This document shows positions 30,164 to 40,146 of a stretch of DNA of 53,543 bases, in pieces; position 1 is the first letter of the stretch, and the number at the start of each line of letters is the position of its first letter. Where the stretch lies: positions 1 to 53,543 of IMG/VR virus record IMGVR_UViG_3300042888_002422. One strand, given 5' to 3'. The translations under genes were made by a program, and so were the position numbers. This DNA comes from a virus (lineage: Duplodnaviria > Caudoviricetes). The notes under the pieces are model-generated. The model made no database searches. It saw nothing but the letters and a program-made list of their open reading frames with translations, and was not told the origin of the DNA.

Positions 30164-30919
30164 ATGAAAACACAAATTGAGAATGCAATTACATATTTAA
30201 AAACTTTAGAAATTAACGGATGTTTAACTGGTAGTGCTTTATTAGACTATTTTCCAGATAGCAACCAAGATATTGACATTTTCACTTATGATGAAGCTGC
30301 CTTTACAAAATTAATATTTACTCTTTATCACAATTCTATGTTCTTATTAATTGAACCAATGGAACAATGGAAGTTTAAAGATTGGACAGAAAATCCTTAT
30401 AAAGGAAGTCTTAAAAAACTAGGCCTCATCTCTATTAAATTCAAATATAATATGTCTGTTGACGTTAATATTATATTTAAAGAAAGAAATCATACAATAT
30501 TTGATGTTCTTTCTACATTTGATTTAGATATAATTGCTGTTGGTTATGATTTAAAAACTAAAAAAACTTTAGATTTATCAGAACATAATGGTAAAATAGC
30601 TACATGGAATAAATGGAATAAATCTTTTTACACGCCAAATATTTGGGCTGTAAGTAGAATATTAAGACAATTTCAGCGAGTAATAAAATATCATGACAGA
30701 GGCTATAATACAGATAGTGTCACTATTAAATATATAGAGATATTACAAAGTATGTTAGATTATGAAAATATTTTCTCTTCTGAAAAAGTAGATGAAAAAG
30801 TAGAATCAGTTAAAACCAATAGTAAAATTTTAATTAAGATTTTAAACAAATGGTTAGAAACTCACATAATGACAGAAATAGAATTAGAACTTATTAATAA
30901 AACAATTAAACAATTATAA
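30164..30919 (+). CDS. Pol-beta superfamily nucleotidyltransferase (tRNA-NTase/poly(A) polymerase head-like)
   Basis: LTGS...QDIDIF (GS-x-DxD), DVNIIF, FDLDIIAVGYD, RVIKYHDRGY. Confidence 0.75.
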   Translation: MKTQIENAITYLKTLEINGCLTGSALLDYFPDSNQDIDIFTYDEAAFTKLIFTLYHNSMFLLIEPMEQWKFKDWTENPYKGSLKKLGLISIKFKYNMSVDVNIIFKERNHTIFDVLSTFDLDIIAVGYDLKTKKTLDLSEHNGKIATWNKWNKSFYTPNIWAVSRILRQFQRVIKYHDRGYNTDSVTIKYIEILQSMLDYENIFSSEKVDEKVESVKTNSKILIKILNKWLETHIMTEIELELINKTIKQL

Positions 30920-30921
30920 AA

Positions 30922-31412
30922 ATGGCTACAATAGAAGACTTATTAAAATCAATGCTTACATTACCAAAAAAAGGAGAAGCAGGTACATCAAATAAATTAG
31001 ATAACAGTAAAGATACTTGGGAAAGAATTGGAAATGGTGATAGTTTTGCAGAATTAAACTTTAGTTCTGATACTGAAAAAAATGAATTTTTACAAGATTG
31101 GATTCAAAATAATCCTTATACTAACATTTAATAAATAAAAACATGCAAGATATTAAAACATTTTTAAAAGAAAACAATATTAATTTTAAAGGAGATGGAA
31201 GTGGTTTAAATTCTGATTGTGTAGTGCTATCAGGGTTTGCTTTATATAAAGATATACAAGATGTATCAGAACTGTATTCTGCAGTAGAAGAATTACCAGA
31301 TTTTAATAAAGATTATCAATCAGAATTAAATAGAGTGTTTGAATATGCTCAAGATAATAATTACGGTGATTATTGGAACCATGCAGAAGCTGCAGCTAGT
31401 TATAAATATTAA
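30922..31412 (+). CDS. Two small hypothetical proteins (30922-31131, 31143-31412)
   Basis: Packed ORFs between the NTase and prim-pol genes. Confidence 0.7.
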
Positions 31413-31837
31413 TGAAAAGTTTTTTATTAAAGGATAAATCCCCCATTTTAAAATGGGGGCAAATCCCAAATGAATATTATTTTGAAGGGGAAATTCCTGA
31501 AGGATATTCATTAGGTATCAGTCCTAGTGCACCATATATAATTTTAGATGTAGATATGCATGGTAGTATATCAGGATTTGAGAATATACCAATGGCTATA
31601 CAAGCTCAACTTGATTTTCATTTTAGTTATCCAACTAAAAATAATGGTAGACATTACTGGCTTAAATATACAGGAACAGAACATTTAATGAATAAAACAT
31701 CTGGACTTGGTATAGATCTTAGAACCAATAGAGGATATGTACGTTGGTATATGCCTGGAGATATAAGAGATTATATTGAAGAAATTAAACCAACTGACTT
31801 TTTATTAAATGAATGGTTAGAAAAATTATTTAAATAA
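31412..31837 (+). CDS. Stand-alone prim-pol (AEP superfamily) catalytic domain
   Basis: YIILDVD, TKNNGRHYW, GIDLR..GYV motifs of the bifunctional primase-polymerase N-terminal domain. Confidence 0.8.
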   Translation: MKSFLLKDKSPILKWGQIPNEYYFEGEIPEGYSLGISPSAPYIILDVDMHGSISGFENIPMAIQAQLDFHFSYPTKNNGRHYWLKYTGTEHLMNKTSGLGIDLRTNRGYVRWYMPGDIRDYIEEIKPTDFLLNEWLEKLFK

Positions 31838-32014
31838 ATAAATTATGAGTAAAGAAAATGAAAAAATTGTTGATGGTATTATAAAACTTCCTAAAGTAAC
31901 AAGACTAGAAGTAATAGACCAAACAGGTAGGGCATATGTAATACATAATGCTGAAGTAGAATTATGCTATCAAGATCAAGCAAGAACATTAAAAATATTT
32001 GTAAAACCTAAAGA

Positions 32015-32683
32015 ATGAGTTTTGATAAACTAAAAGATGAAGTTGATAAAGGAATGAGTGGAAACAATGATGGTATTCCAATGGGATTTGATAGATTGAA
32101 TAGATACATTGGTATTAGACAATCTATGTTTTTCCTTATTGGTGGTAACACCGGAAGTGGTAAAACTTCTTTTATTGATGATTGTTTCGTTCTTAATCCT
32201 TTTGATTGGTATATATCTAAACATAATAAAACAGATGTTAAACTAAGAATATGGTATAGGTCTATGGAAAGAAGTTCTACATATAAATATGCAAAATGGA
32301 TATGTAGAAAAATCTTTCTTGACCATGGTATTAGTATATCTGTTAATAAATTATTAGGTTGGACAGAAAAAATGAGTGAAGATGAGCATGCTTTGTTTCT
32401 TACATATAAAGATTATATGGAAGAAATGAAAGAAGTTATTACACTTATTGAAGGTCCTGAAAATCCTGTTGGTATAGCTAAAGATCTTAGAAAATTTGCG
32501 CTTAAACATGGTAAAATTATTCAAAAAGATCCAGATGATGAATATAGTAAAGTTTATGTACCAAATGAACCTAATACAATTACTATTGTTATTATAGATC
32601 ATATTGGATTATTAAAGACTACTAAAGATCAACCTACTAAAAAAGAAGCTATTGATAAAATGTCAAATGAGCTTCAATATGCT
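32015..32683 (+). CDS. dnaB: DnaB-like replicative helicase, exon 1
   Basis: Walker A GGNTGSGKT, SME, Walker B VIIDH; ends ...NELQYA at a T. Confidence 0.88.
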
Positions 32684-33991
32684 AAACAAAAAATAAATTA
32701 GGATTATTTAATTATATTATCTATTTTTGTTGTTATAAATTTAAAACAAATAGATAAAATGATTGGAATTTACAAAATTACTACTAAACATAATAGTAAA
32801 ATTTACATTGGAAGTTCAGATGATATAGAAAAAAGACTTAAATGTCATTTGTCAAGATTAAAAAGAAATGTTCATCATTCTGCATATTTACAAGCAGTAT
32901 ATAATAAACATGGAAAAGAAAATCTTGATTTTTCTATAATAGAAGTTCTTTTAGATAATAATGATAAAATAATAAAAGAACAGTTTTGGATGGATCATTT
33001 TCAAAGTTATAATAAAAACTTCGGATATAATATGTCAAAAACTGCATCTTGTAACACTACAGGGGAAATAAAAATTTATCAATATACCGTAGAAGGATAT
33101 TATATAAAAGAATGGGAAAGTATTGAAAAAGCAAAAAAAGCTTTAAAGTTAGTTTCTATTTCTGCGGCATTATCTGAAAAAACTACACATAAACTATCTG
33201 GTGGATTTCAATGGAAATATTACAAAAAAGAAAAAATTGAAAGTGTATTAAAGTTATATTGTTGTTATGACTTAAAAGGAATATTTGTTAAAAGTTTTCA
33301 TAAAGTTGAAGAAATTAAAGAATTTTTTAAAGTGAAAACTATGTCAAATATCTCAAACTGTAGTAAATTTAATACTACAAGTTGTAATCATTTTTGGAGA
33401 ATTGTAAATACTTATAATTTTAATAAAATTATAAATGTAAAAGAAAAAAATACAAGAGCTAAAAAAATTGTACAATTAGACAAAAACAATAATGTAATAA
33501 ATACTTTTAAAAGTTTAACAGAAGCTTCTAAATTTATAGAAGTTAATCCTTCAAACTTACATAGAGTAGTAAATAGTAATAATCCCAAGTATAGAACTTG
33601 TAAAGGTTTTATATGGAAATATTTATAAGGCTCCTTATACAGTGATGTATAAAGGATAATTGGGTGAATTGCTGGAAAATCTGGAAGCAGACAATCAGCA
33701 GCCAAGCTTGTAGTGTAAAAACTACTTGAAGGTTCAACGACTAGGAAAGTGAAACTATATTATTAAGTCCTGCAACAGGTGTAGCAGTCAAAAACAAGTC
33801 AGGAAAATTATTGAAATCCTGATTAAACTAAAGTTCGAGTCTTTAGTTAGTAATATAGAATATAATCATTCCCACGAGCGCCCAACAACTTTTCTCTGAT
33901 TGAGTAAAAAGTTGATGATATAGTCTGGACTGCATATATAACAAAAGAAAATGCAGAAGTTGGGATAAAGAACCCAGCGATAACACAATCG
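32684..33991 (+). mobile_element. Group I intron (IA-like) in dnaB
   Basis: 5' exon ends in U, intron ends in G; P AATTGCTGGAAA 33667-78, Q AATCAGCAG 33693-701, R GTTCAACGACTA 33732-43, S ATGATATAGTC 33915-25, P3 TTGGGTG/CGCCCAA; splicing restores ELQYA-RDFFGFTPVVVSQFNR. Confidence 0.92.
32759..33628 (+). CDS. Intron-encoded GIY-YIG homing endonuclease with NUMOD1-like repeats
   Basis: GIYKI...IYIGSS; three repeats of YQY..G.YIKEW.S...A...GFxWKY type. Confidence 0.92.
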   Translation: MIGIYKITTKHNSKIYIGSSDDIEKRLKCHLSRLKRNVHHSAYLQAVYNKHGKENLDFSIIEVLLDNNDKIIKEQFWMDHFQSYNKNFGYNMSKTASCNTTGEIKIYQYTVEGYYIKEWESIEKAKKALKLVSISAALSEKTTHKLSGGFQWKYYKKEKIESVLKLYCCYDLKGIFVKSFHKVEEIKEFFKVKTMSNISNCSKFNTTSCNHFWRIVNTYNFNKIINVKEKNTRAKKIVQLDKNNNVINTFKSLTEASKFIEVNPSNLHRVVNSNNPKYRTCKGFIWKYL

Positions 33992-34393
33992 AGAGATTTT
34001 TTTGGATTCACTCCTGTAGTAGTTAGTCAGTTTAATAGAAGTATTTCTAATCCTATGAGACTAAAGGCTGGTGACGTAGAACCACAGCTCGAAGATTTTT
34101 CAGATTCATCTAGTACACAAAATGATGCTGATGTTGTTCTTGCTTTATTTGACCCTGTTAGATATAAAGTGGAAGATACTTCTGGGTATGATTTAGGAAA
34201 ACTTAAAGATGAGTATGGTGGTAAATATTTCAGAAGTCTTAGACTACTTAAAAATAGCTATGGTGAAGATGATATTAGAATTGGTCTTGCTTTTCTTGGT
34301 TCTCTTGGTATATTTAAAGAACTTCCTAGAAAAAGAGATATAACTGATTCTGATTATGATGCAGTAATTAATAAAACATATTTTTTAAAATGA
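33992..34393 (+). CDS. dnaB: DnaB-like helicase, exon 2
   Basis: RDFFGFTPVVVSQFNR (motif H3), SSSTQNDADVV (motif H4), LLKNSYG; spliced protein 356 aa. Confidence 0.9.
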   Translation, partial: RDFFGFTPVVVSQFNRSISNPMRLKAGDVEPQLEDFSDSSSTQNDADVVLALFDPVRYKVEDTSGYDLGKLKDEYGGKYFRSLRLLKNSYGEDDIRIGLAFLGSLGIFKELPRKRDITDSDYDAVINKTYFLK

Positions 34394-34984
34394 AATTAGA
34401 AAAATTATTAGAAATTAAATTAGAAACTGACAGGTTTGTTAGAAGATTAGATGAAGCTATTATGTTAGCTAAAGATACTCCTGGTTATATTGGTTATAAG
34501 GAAGATACTTATGGTTATCAAGACATAAGTAATACAAGAACATGTGGAGCATTAAAACGTTCTGCAATGGATTTAAAATATGAATTAACAAAAGTATTAT
34601 GACAGCTGTAGAATGGTTATTATTTGAAATGTCAAAATCTGGATTATTACCAGATGGTATTCCAAAAGAAATGGAATACCAAGCTAAAACATTAGAAAAA
34701 ATTAATATTGATAACAAAGTAATTCATTTTGCTGAATGGTTGACTAATAAGCATACAACAGTGCTAATAGTTTTATATGAGCAATTTGAAGAACAATTTT
34801 ATAACAAAGAATTATGACACCACAAGAAAAAGTAGAAGAATTAGTAGAAAGTTTAGGAGTTTTTAATGCTTTATACTTAGCAGAACATGTATTAATAGTC
34901 TTAGAAGATTATACAGAGGTTGAAAACAACATTTCTGAATGGGATGAAATAAAAAAATTGCTTGAAATAAGATCAAATATATGA
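34390..34984 (+). CDS. Three small hypothetical proteins (34390-34602, 34599-34817, 34814-34984)
   Basis: Chained ATGA overlaps; the last resembles 22715-22951 (P.EK..ELV...W.E.KK). Confidence 0.65.
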
Positions 34985-36057
34985 CATTAAGAGATATTAG
35001 ACAACAAGAATTTGCACAAATGTGGTTAGATAGTGATAGGAAAAAAATTTTAAATTTGTGCCCACGCTTTGGAAAAATTAGAACTACCATCAATATTCTT
35101 GAAAAACTAAAAAATCCAACAATATTAATTGCTTATCCAGATAACAAAATCAAAGATTCTTGGCAAAGTGACTTTGAAGAAAGAAAATATGATGATAGTA
35201 ATGTAACTTACACCACTCATCTTTCTTTAAAAAAACATATTAAACAAGAGTATGATATTGTTATTATTGATGAATGTCATTTATTAAGTGAGGCCCAACT
35301 TGATGTGTGTAAAGAATTATTTAAAATTAACTCACAAATATTAGGACTTACTGGTACACTTTCTAAAAATACAGAAGATGATTTAAATAGAGAATTAGGA
35401 CTTTATGTTTTAGCTCACTATCCTATTAAAACTGCTATTGATGAAGGTGTAATTGTAGACTATGAAATTACAGTGATTAGTGTTCCTTTAGATAATAAAA
35501 CAATGTTAGATTATAAAGGAAAATTAAGAACTGAAAAGAAACAGTTTGACAATCTAACTTGGGTGGTTAATAAAATGACTAGAAGTGGTAATGACTCTAT
35601 GTTTATGCGTTTAGCAAGAATGAGAGTAATACAATCATCCTTAGCCAAAACTAATGCTACAAAAGCACTTTTGGCTAAGTATAAAAATGAAAGAGTGTTA
35701 GTATTTTGTGGTACCACTAAAGTTGCTGACAGTTTAGGGATACCTTCTTATCATAGTAAATCAAGTGAAAAATTAATGTTTGCTGATTTTGCTGAAGGTA
35801 GAGGAAATCATATGGCTGTAGTAAAAATTGGTAACACAGGCGTTACTTACAAACCACTTAACAGAGTGATAATAAACTATTTTGATAGTAATGGAGAAAA
35901 TTTGGCACAAAAAATAAACAGATGTATGGCATTTGAATATAATACGCCGGATAAAAAAGCTTATATTTATATCATTAGTACAAATGAAACTGTTGAGCTT
36001 AAATGGTTGACCAAAGCTCTTGAATTTTTTGACAAAAAGAAGATAAAGTATGTATAA
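34981..36057 (+). CDS. Superfamily 2 helicase
   Basis: Q motif, PRFGKI, DECH, LTGT, QKINR. Confidence 0.85.
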   Translation: MTLRDIRQQEFAQMWLDSDRKKILNLCPRFGKIRTTINILEKLKNPTILIAYPDNKIKDSWQSDFEERKYDDSNVTYTTHLSLKKHIKQEYDIVIIDECHLLSEAQLDVCKELFKINSQILGLTGTLSKNTEDDLNRELGLYVLAHYPIKTAIDEGVIVDYEITVISVPLDNKTMLDYKGKLRTEKKQFDNLTWVVNKMTRSGNDSMFMRLARMRVIQSSLAKTNATKALLAKYKNERVLVFCGTTKVADSLGIPSYHSKSSEKLMFADFAEGRGNHMAVVKIGNTGVTYKPLNRVIINYFDSNGENLAQKINRCMAFEYNTPDKKAYIYIISTNETVELKWLTKALEFFDKKKIKYV

Positions 36058-36114
36058 TCAAAAAAATTATAGTATCTTTATATTCCTAAAAATAAATAAT
36101 TAAATAAATTAAAA

Positions 36115-36786
36115 ATGAGTAGTAAACTAATTGGAATTGTAGGACAAACAGGAACTGGAAAATCAACAAGTATTAAAAACTTAGATCCAAAAGAAACTTA
36201 CATTATAAATGTAGCAAAAAAAGAACTTCCATTTAAAGGGAGTGAGAAGTTGTATAACAACGAAAATAAAAATTATAAAGAAGTAGATGATGCAATTGAA
36301 ATTGCAAAATTATTAAAAACTATTTCTGATAAAGCACCTCATATTAAACAAATAATTATAGAAGATTCTAATTATATTATGGGTTTTAATATGGTGGCTA
36401 AAGCTACAGAAACTGGTTTTACTAAGTTTAGTCTTATGGCTAAAGATATGGTAGATCTTGTTAGAACAGCTAGAACATTGAGAGATGATCTTATTGTATT
36501 CTATTTTACACACCCAGAAACTATTGAAGATGGTGGTGAAATTATAGGATATAAAATTAAAACAGCCGGTAAATTAATTGATAATCAAATTAATCTTGAA
36601 GGTTTATTTACAGTAGTATTATATACTAATGTAGAAGAAAAGAAAGATGGTGTAGTTGATTATAATTTTGTAACAAATCGTTATAAAAAATTCCCAGCTA
36701 AATCTCCTGCTGGAATGTTTATAGATGTTAAAATGCCAAATAATCTACAAATTGTTGTAGATAAAATTAAAGAATATTATAATTAA
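36115..36786 (+). CDS. P-loop ATPase (AAA_24/Sak4-like)
   Basis: GQTGTGKST, IIIED, FTH.E, AKSP.GMF. Confidence 0.8.
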   Translation: MSSKLIGIVGQTGTGKSTSIKNLDPKETYIINVAKKELPFKGSEKLYNNENKNYKEVDDAIEIAKLLKTISDKAPHIKQIIIEDSNYIMGFNMVAKATETGFTKFSLMAKDMVDLVRTARTLRDDLIVFYFTHPETIEDGGEIIGYKIKTAGKLIDNQINLEGLFTVVLYTNVEEKKDGVVDYNFVTNRYKKFPAKSPAGMFIDVKMPNNLQIVVDKIKEYYN

Positions 36787-36797
36787 ATTAAATTAAA

Positions 36798-37067
36798 ATG
36801 AGAGAAGAACAATTAGAAGTACCAACAAGAATGGTAGAAGAATGTGTTGCAAAATCAGGTGTGTACACAAGATCAAGAATGGAGCAACTTAGAGATTATA
36901 GTATTAATATTGAATTTTTATCAATAGGATGTATTATTAGAGTGGGATGTAGATCTATTCCTTTTTCAACAGTGAAACAAGGAATGACAGCATTAAATGA
37001 ATATGTTAATGATCCAGTTTTATTAACAAAATTATGGAATGAAAGATTTAACACAGAAGAAGAATAA
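36798..37067 (+). CDS. Hypothetical protein
   Basis: 89-aa ORF. Confidence 0.7.
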   Translation: MREEQLEVPTRMVEECVAKSGVYTRSRMEQLRDYSINIEFLSIGCIIRVGCRSIPFSTVKQGMTALNEYVNDPVLLTKLWNERFNTEEE

Positions 37068-37089
37068 TAACTAAATTAAAATTAAAATT

Positions 37090-37956
37090 ATGAGTACAGG
37101 AATTGGTGGAACTAAAAGAGAAAGCACAAACGAAGGATTTGCAAAACAAGTTGGATTATTTGAAGCTAAAATAATAGCTATTAACCCTACTATCGAACAA
37201 TATAAAGACATTCTAGGAATGGAATTAAAAGAAGATAGTAAAGCAGCTGAATATCTAAGTGAAAGAGATGGAAATACTGTTCTTAGAGTAGACTTTTGGT
37301 TAGAAGATGTAAAAACAGGTAATAAATTTAAAACTAACTTTTTCTTAGAAAATAAAGAAAGAGAAAATAAAGATGCTACTAAACAACAATATATTAATAA
37401 TGTTGGTTCTTGTTCTTGGGCTACTGATACAGATGATCTTCCTGAATGGTTTGCAGCTAGAGAATATAGACAAGCATATGTTGGAGAAGAGGATTTTTAT
37501 AGTTTTATTAAAACATGGTTAGGAGAATTAGATTATAGAAATGAAGAAACTACATTACAAATTGATTGGAAAAAATTAATGAAAGGTAATGTAAAAGATC
37601 TTAAAGATCAGATTGATGGTGAATGGGCTTGTACTATAGGTGCATTAGCTACTGTAATTACAAAAGAAAAAGAAGGTGAAGTTAAAGAGTATCAAGGTAT
37701 TTATAATAGAGCTTTCTTACCTGCTTATACACTTAAAAACTTTAAATTAGTTGATTACTCTAATTCTAAAGTGATTACTGGTTTAGCTGCTAAAAAATCA
37801 AAAGAATTAAAACCTCATGAAAGATTTGTTCTAAGTGTTGTAGGTGAATATGGTTGTAAAGATTATTATACATTTAAAGACATTACAGAGTATAATGCAG
37901 ATGATAATATTGCATCTTCAGATGATACACATACTGAAGAAGATGAAGATTATTAA
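37090..37956 (+). CDS. Probable single-stranded DNA-binding protein
   Basis: Between the ATPase and primase; beta-rich, acidic tail TEEDEDY; followed by a terminator. Confidence 0.6.
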   Translation: MSTGIGGTKRESTNEGFAKQVGLFEAKIIAINPTIEQYKDILGMELKEDSKAAEYLSERDGNTVLRVDFWLEDVKTGNKFKTNFFLENKERENKDATKQQYINNVGSCSWATDTDDLPEWFAAREYRQAYVGEEDFYSFIKTWLGELDYRNEETTLQIDWKKLMKGNVKDLKDQIDGEWACTIGALATVITKEKEGEVKEYQGIYNRAFLPAYTLKNFKLVDYSNSKVITGLAAKKSKELKPHERFVLSVVGEYGCKDYYTFKDITEYNADDNIASSDDTHTEEDEDY

Positions 37957-37975
37957 TATTTATTAATCATTAATA

Positions 37976-38007
37976 GGCCTCATCATTAATTTGGTGAGGC
38001 TTTTTTT
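37976..38007 (+). terminator. Rho-independent terminator
   Basis: GGCCTCATCA-TTAATT-TGGTGAGGCT-TTTTTT. Confidence 0.8.
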
Positions 38008-38010
38008 ATT

Positions 38011-39006
38011 ATGAGTATACAAGGAGAACATAGAAAAAGATTAACTAAAGAAGCTATACTTGAAAAGATTTCTCAATTTGATATTTACAAAATGTATTTT
38101 GGTAATTTTGAATTAAACAAAGTTACACGTAACAAATTCAGAGGTGAAGGTGATCCTTCTTTTATCATTGGTACTAAATTTGGGGAAATAACTCATAAAG
38201 ATTTTAGTGATGATAAATGGAAAGGCAATTGTTTTAGTCTTGTACAACAAATTTATAATTGTAATTATTTTGATGCATTAAGAATTATTGACAAAGATTT
38301 TAGTCTTGGTATTTCTTCAGAAATTACTAAAGATTATAAAAAAATAATCAGTGAATATGTACAACCTATAATATCAGAAATTTCTCCACCATTAATTCAA
38401 GTGATAACAAGAAAGTTTAAACAAGAAGAACTTGACTATTGGAACAAATACAATCTTGATATAGAAGATTTAAAGAAAAACAATGTTTATTCAATTAGCA
38501 AATTATACTTAAATAGACAATTATTTTCATTAAAAGAAACTGAATTAAGATTTGGGTATAAATATGGTGAATATTGGAAGATATATAGACCTTTTGAGGT
38601 TTCTAAATTAAAATGGATGCCTAACAATGTACCTTTAACTACTTTAGATAGTAAAGAAGCTATAATTGATTGTACAACAGCTTGGATAACTAAAAGCAGA
38701 AAAGATAGAATGGTGTTAAGTAAATTATATCCTAATGTTTTATCTACACAAAATGAAAGTATAGCTTGCTTTTCAGAAGAAAATCTTAAATTTATAAAAG
38801 ATAATTCTAAAAAACAAGTAATATTTTATGATTCAGACCCTGCAGGAGTAAAAGCTTCAAAACAAATAACTAAAGAATTTGATATGGATTATTGTAATAT
38901 ACCTAGAAGTTATCTTAGTGATGGTGTAGTAGATCCTGCAGATCTTGTTAAAGAATATGGAATAAATAAACTAGAACAAATTTTAATTAAAAAAAAATTA
39001 TTATGA
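38011..39006 (+). CDS. dnaG: DnaG-type primase (crAss-like TOPRIM)
   Basis: FR.E..PSF...KDF N-terminal domain, KIYRPF, ITKSRKD, FYDSDPAG, DPAD. Confidence 0.85.
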   Translation: MSIQGEHRKRLTKEAILEKISQFDIYKMYFGNFELNKVTRNKFRGEGDPSFIIGTKFGEITHKDFSDDKWKGNCFSLVQQIYNCNYFDALRIIDKDFSLGISSEITKDYKKIISEYVQPIISEISPPLIQVITRKFKQEELDYWNKYNLDIEDLKKNNVYSISKLYLNRQLFSLKETELRFGYKYGEYWKIYRPFEVSKLKWMPNNVPLTTLDSKEAIIDCTTAWITKSRKDRMVLSKLYPNVLSTQNESIACFSEENLKFIKDNSKKQVIFYDSDPAGVKASKQITKEFDMDYCNIPRSYLSDGVVDPADLVKEYGINKLEQILIKKKLL

Positions 39007-39375
39007 AAACAACAGAAGAAAGAATAGAAGAAGATGAACAATTTGAAATGTTAGAAGAACAAATTAAAGAAGAAGTAGAATGGTTACAATTAACTAATAG
39101 AAAAGATGAATTAGAATGTATTAGTATAGAAAATTTAGAATCTATACTTAGTAAATTTTTTGGAAGAAAATTATATTTAAAACAAAAATAATATGGGAAA
39201 TCAATTTGCAGTAATGGTAGAAGGAAAACAAGGTCCTTCAAAATTGCATTATAGTTTAGAAGAGGCTACAACAGAAGCTTTAAGACTTGCTAGAGCAACT
39301 AGACAAGATGTTTATATATTAAAAGTAGTAGCTAAAGCAGAAATATCAGATGTTAAAATAATAAATTACTAAAAC

Positions 39376-40146
39376 ATGGAAACATATAACACAACAAAAG
39401 ACATATTAACACACACAGCTGTTCCTATGGCCACAAGGACTTACAAACCAGTAAGTCATACACAATTAATGGATCTTACATTAGAAAGTATTCATAGTGC
39501 AGGATTTACACTTGATAAAGAAATGTATACAAGTGCTAGAGATGGTAAAGTTGCTAATGGTAAATTTACTATTCAAAATGTAGCTGACAAAGAAATGCAA
39601 TTACAAATAGGATGGCAAAATAGTTATGATAAATCTTTATCATTAAAATTTGCTATTGGTACTAAAATATTTATTTGTAGTAATGGATGTGTAAGTGGGG
39701 ATTATGGTGCTTTCAAAAAGAAACATCAAGGAGAAATACAAACATTTACACCTACAGCTATAACAGATTATATTAAAGATGCTGGAGAAGCTTTTAGAAG
39801 AATGCAAGATGAAAGAGAATTTATGAAAACTATTGAATTAGATAGAAAAACTCAAGCACAATTAATAGGTAGAATGATTGTTGAAAAACAATTTATTGAA
39901 AGTACACAGCTTAATCTTATAAGAGCTGAATTAGATAAACCAACGCATTCTTATGGTGCTCCTAACAGTTTATGGGAATTATATCAATTTACTACATTTA
40001 GTATGAAAGAAGTACATCCAAGTTTATGGATGAATAATCATATTGATGCACATAGTTTCTTTGTGGAAGAATCAGGGCTTCATACATTACCTACATTTGT
40101 TGAAGATACTTCTTATGTTGATGAATTAGCATTATTTGAAGTGTAA
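39376..40146 (+). CDS. DUF932-like protein
   Basis: YKPVSH...NSYDKS...FICSNG...KKKH...SLWELYQ pattern. Confidence 0.7.
   Translation: METYNTTKDILTHTAVPMATRTYKPVSHTQLMDLTLESIHSAGFTLDKEMYTSARDGKVANGKFTIQNVADKEMQLQIGWQNSYDKSLSLKFAIGTKIFICSNGCVSGDYGAFKKKHQGEIQTFTPTAITDYIKDAGEAFRRMQDEREFMKTIELDRKTQAQLIGRMIVEKQFIESTQLNLIRAELDKPTHSYGAPNSLWELYQFTTFSMKEVHPSLWMNNHIDAHSFFVEESGLHTLPTFVEDTSYVDELALFEV

Noticed and set aside
32015-34393. dnaB as a pseudogene or two separate genes
   Set aside because: A group I core is present and splicing restores a continuous helicase frame
38680-38710. Inactive primase because the TOPRIM Glu is replaced (ITKS)
   Set aside because: As I recall, this variant is usual in crAss-like primases, and the DxD motif is intact
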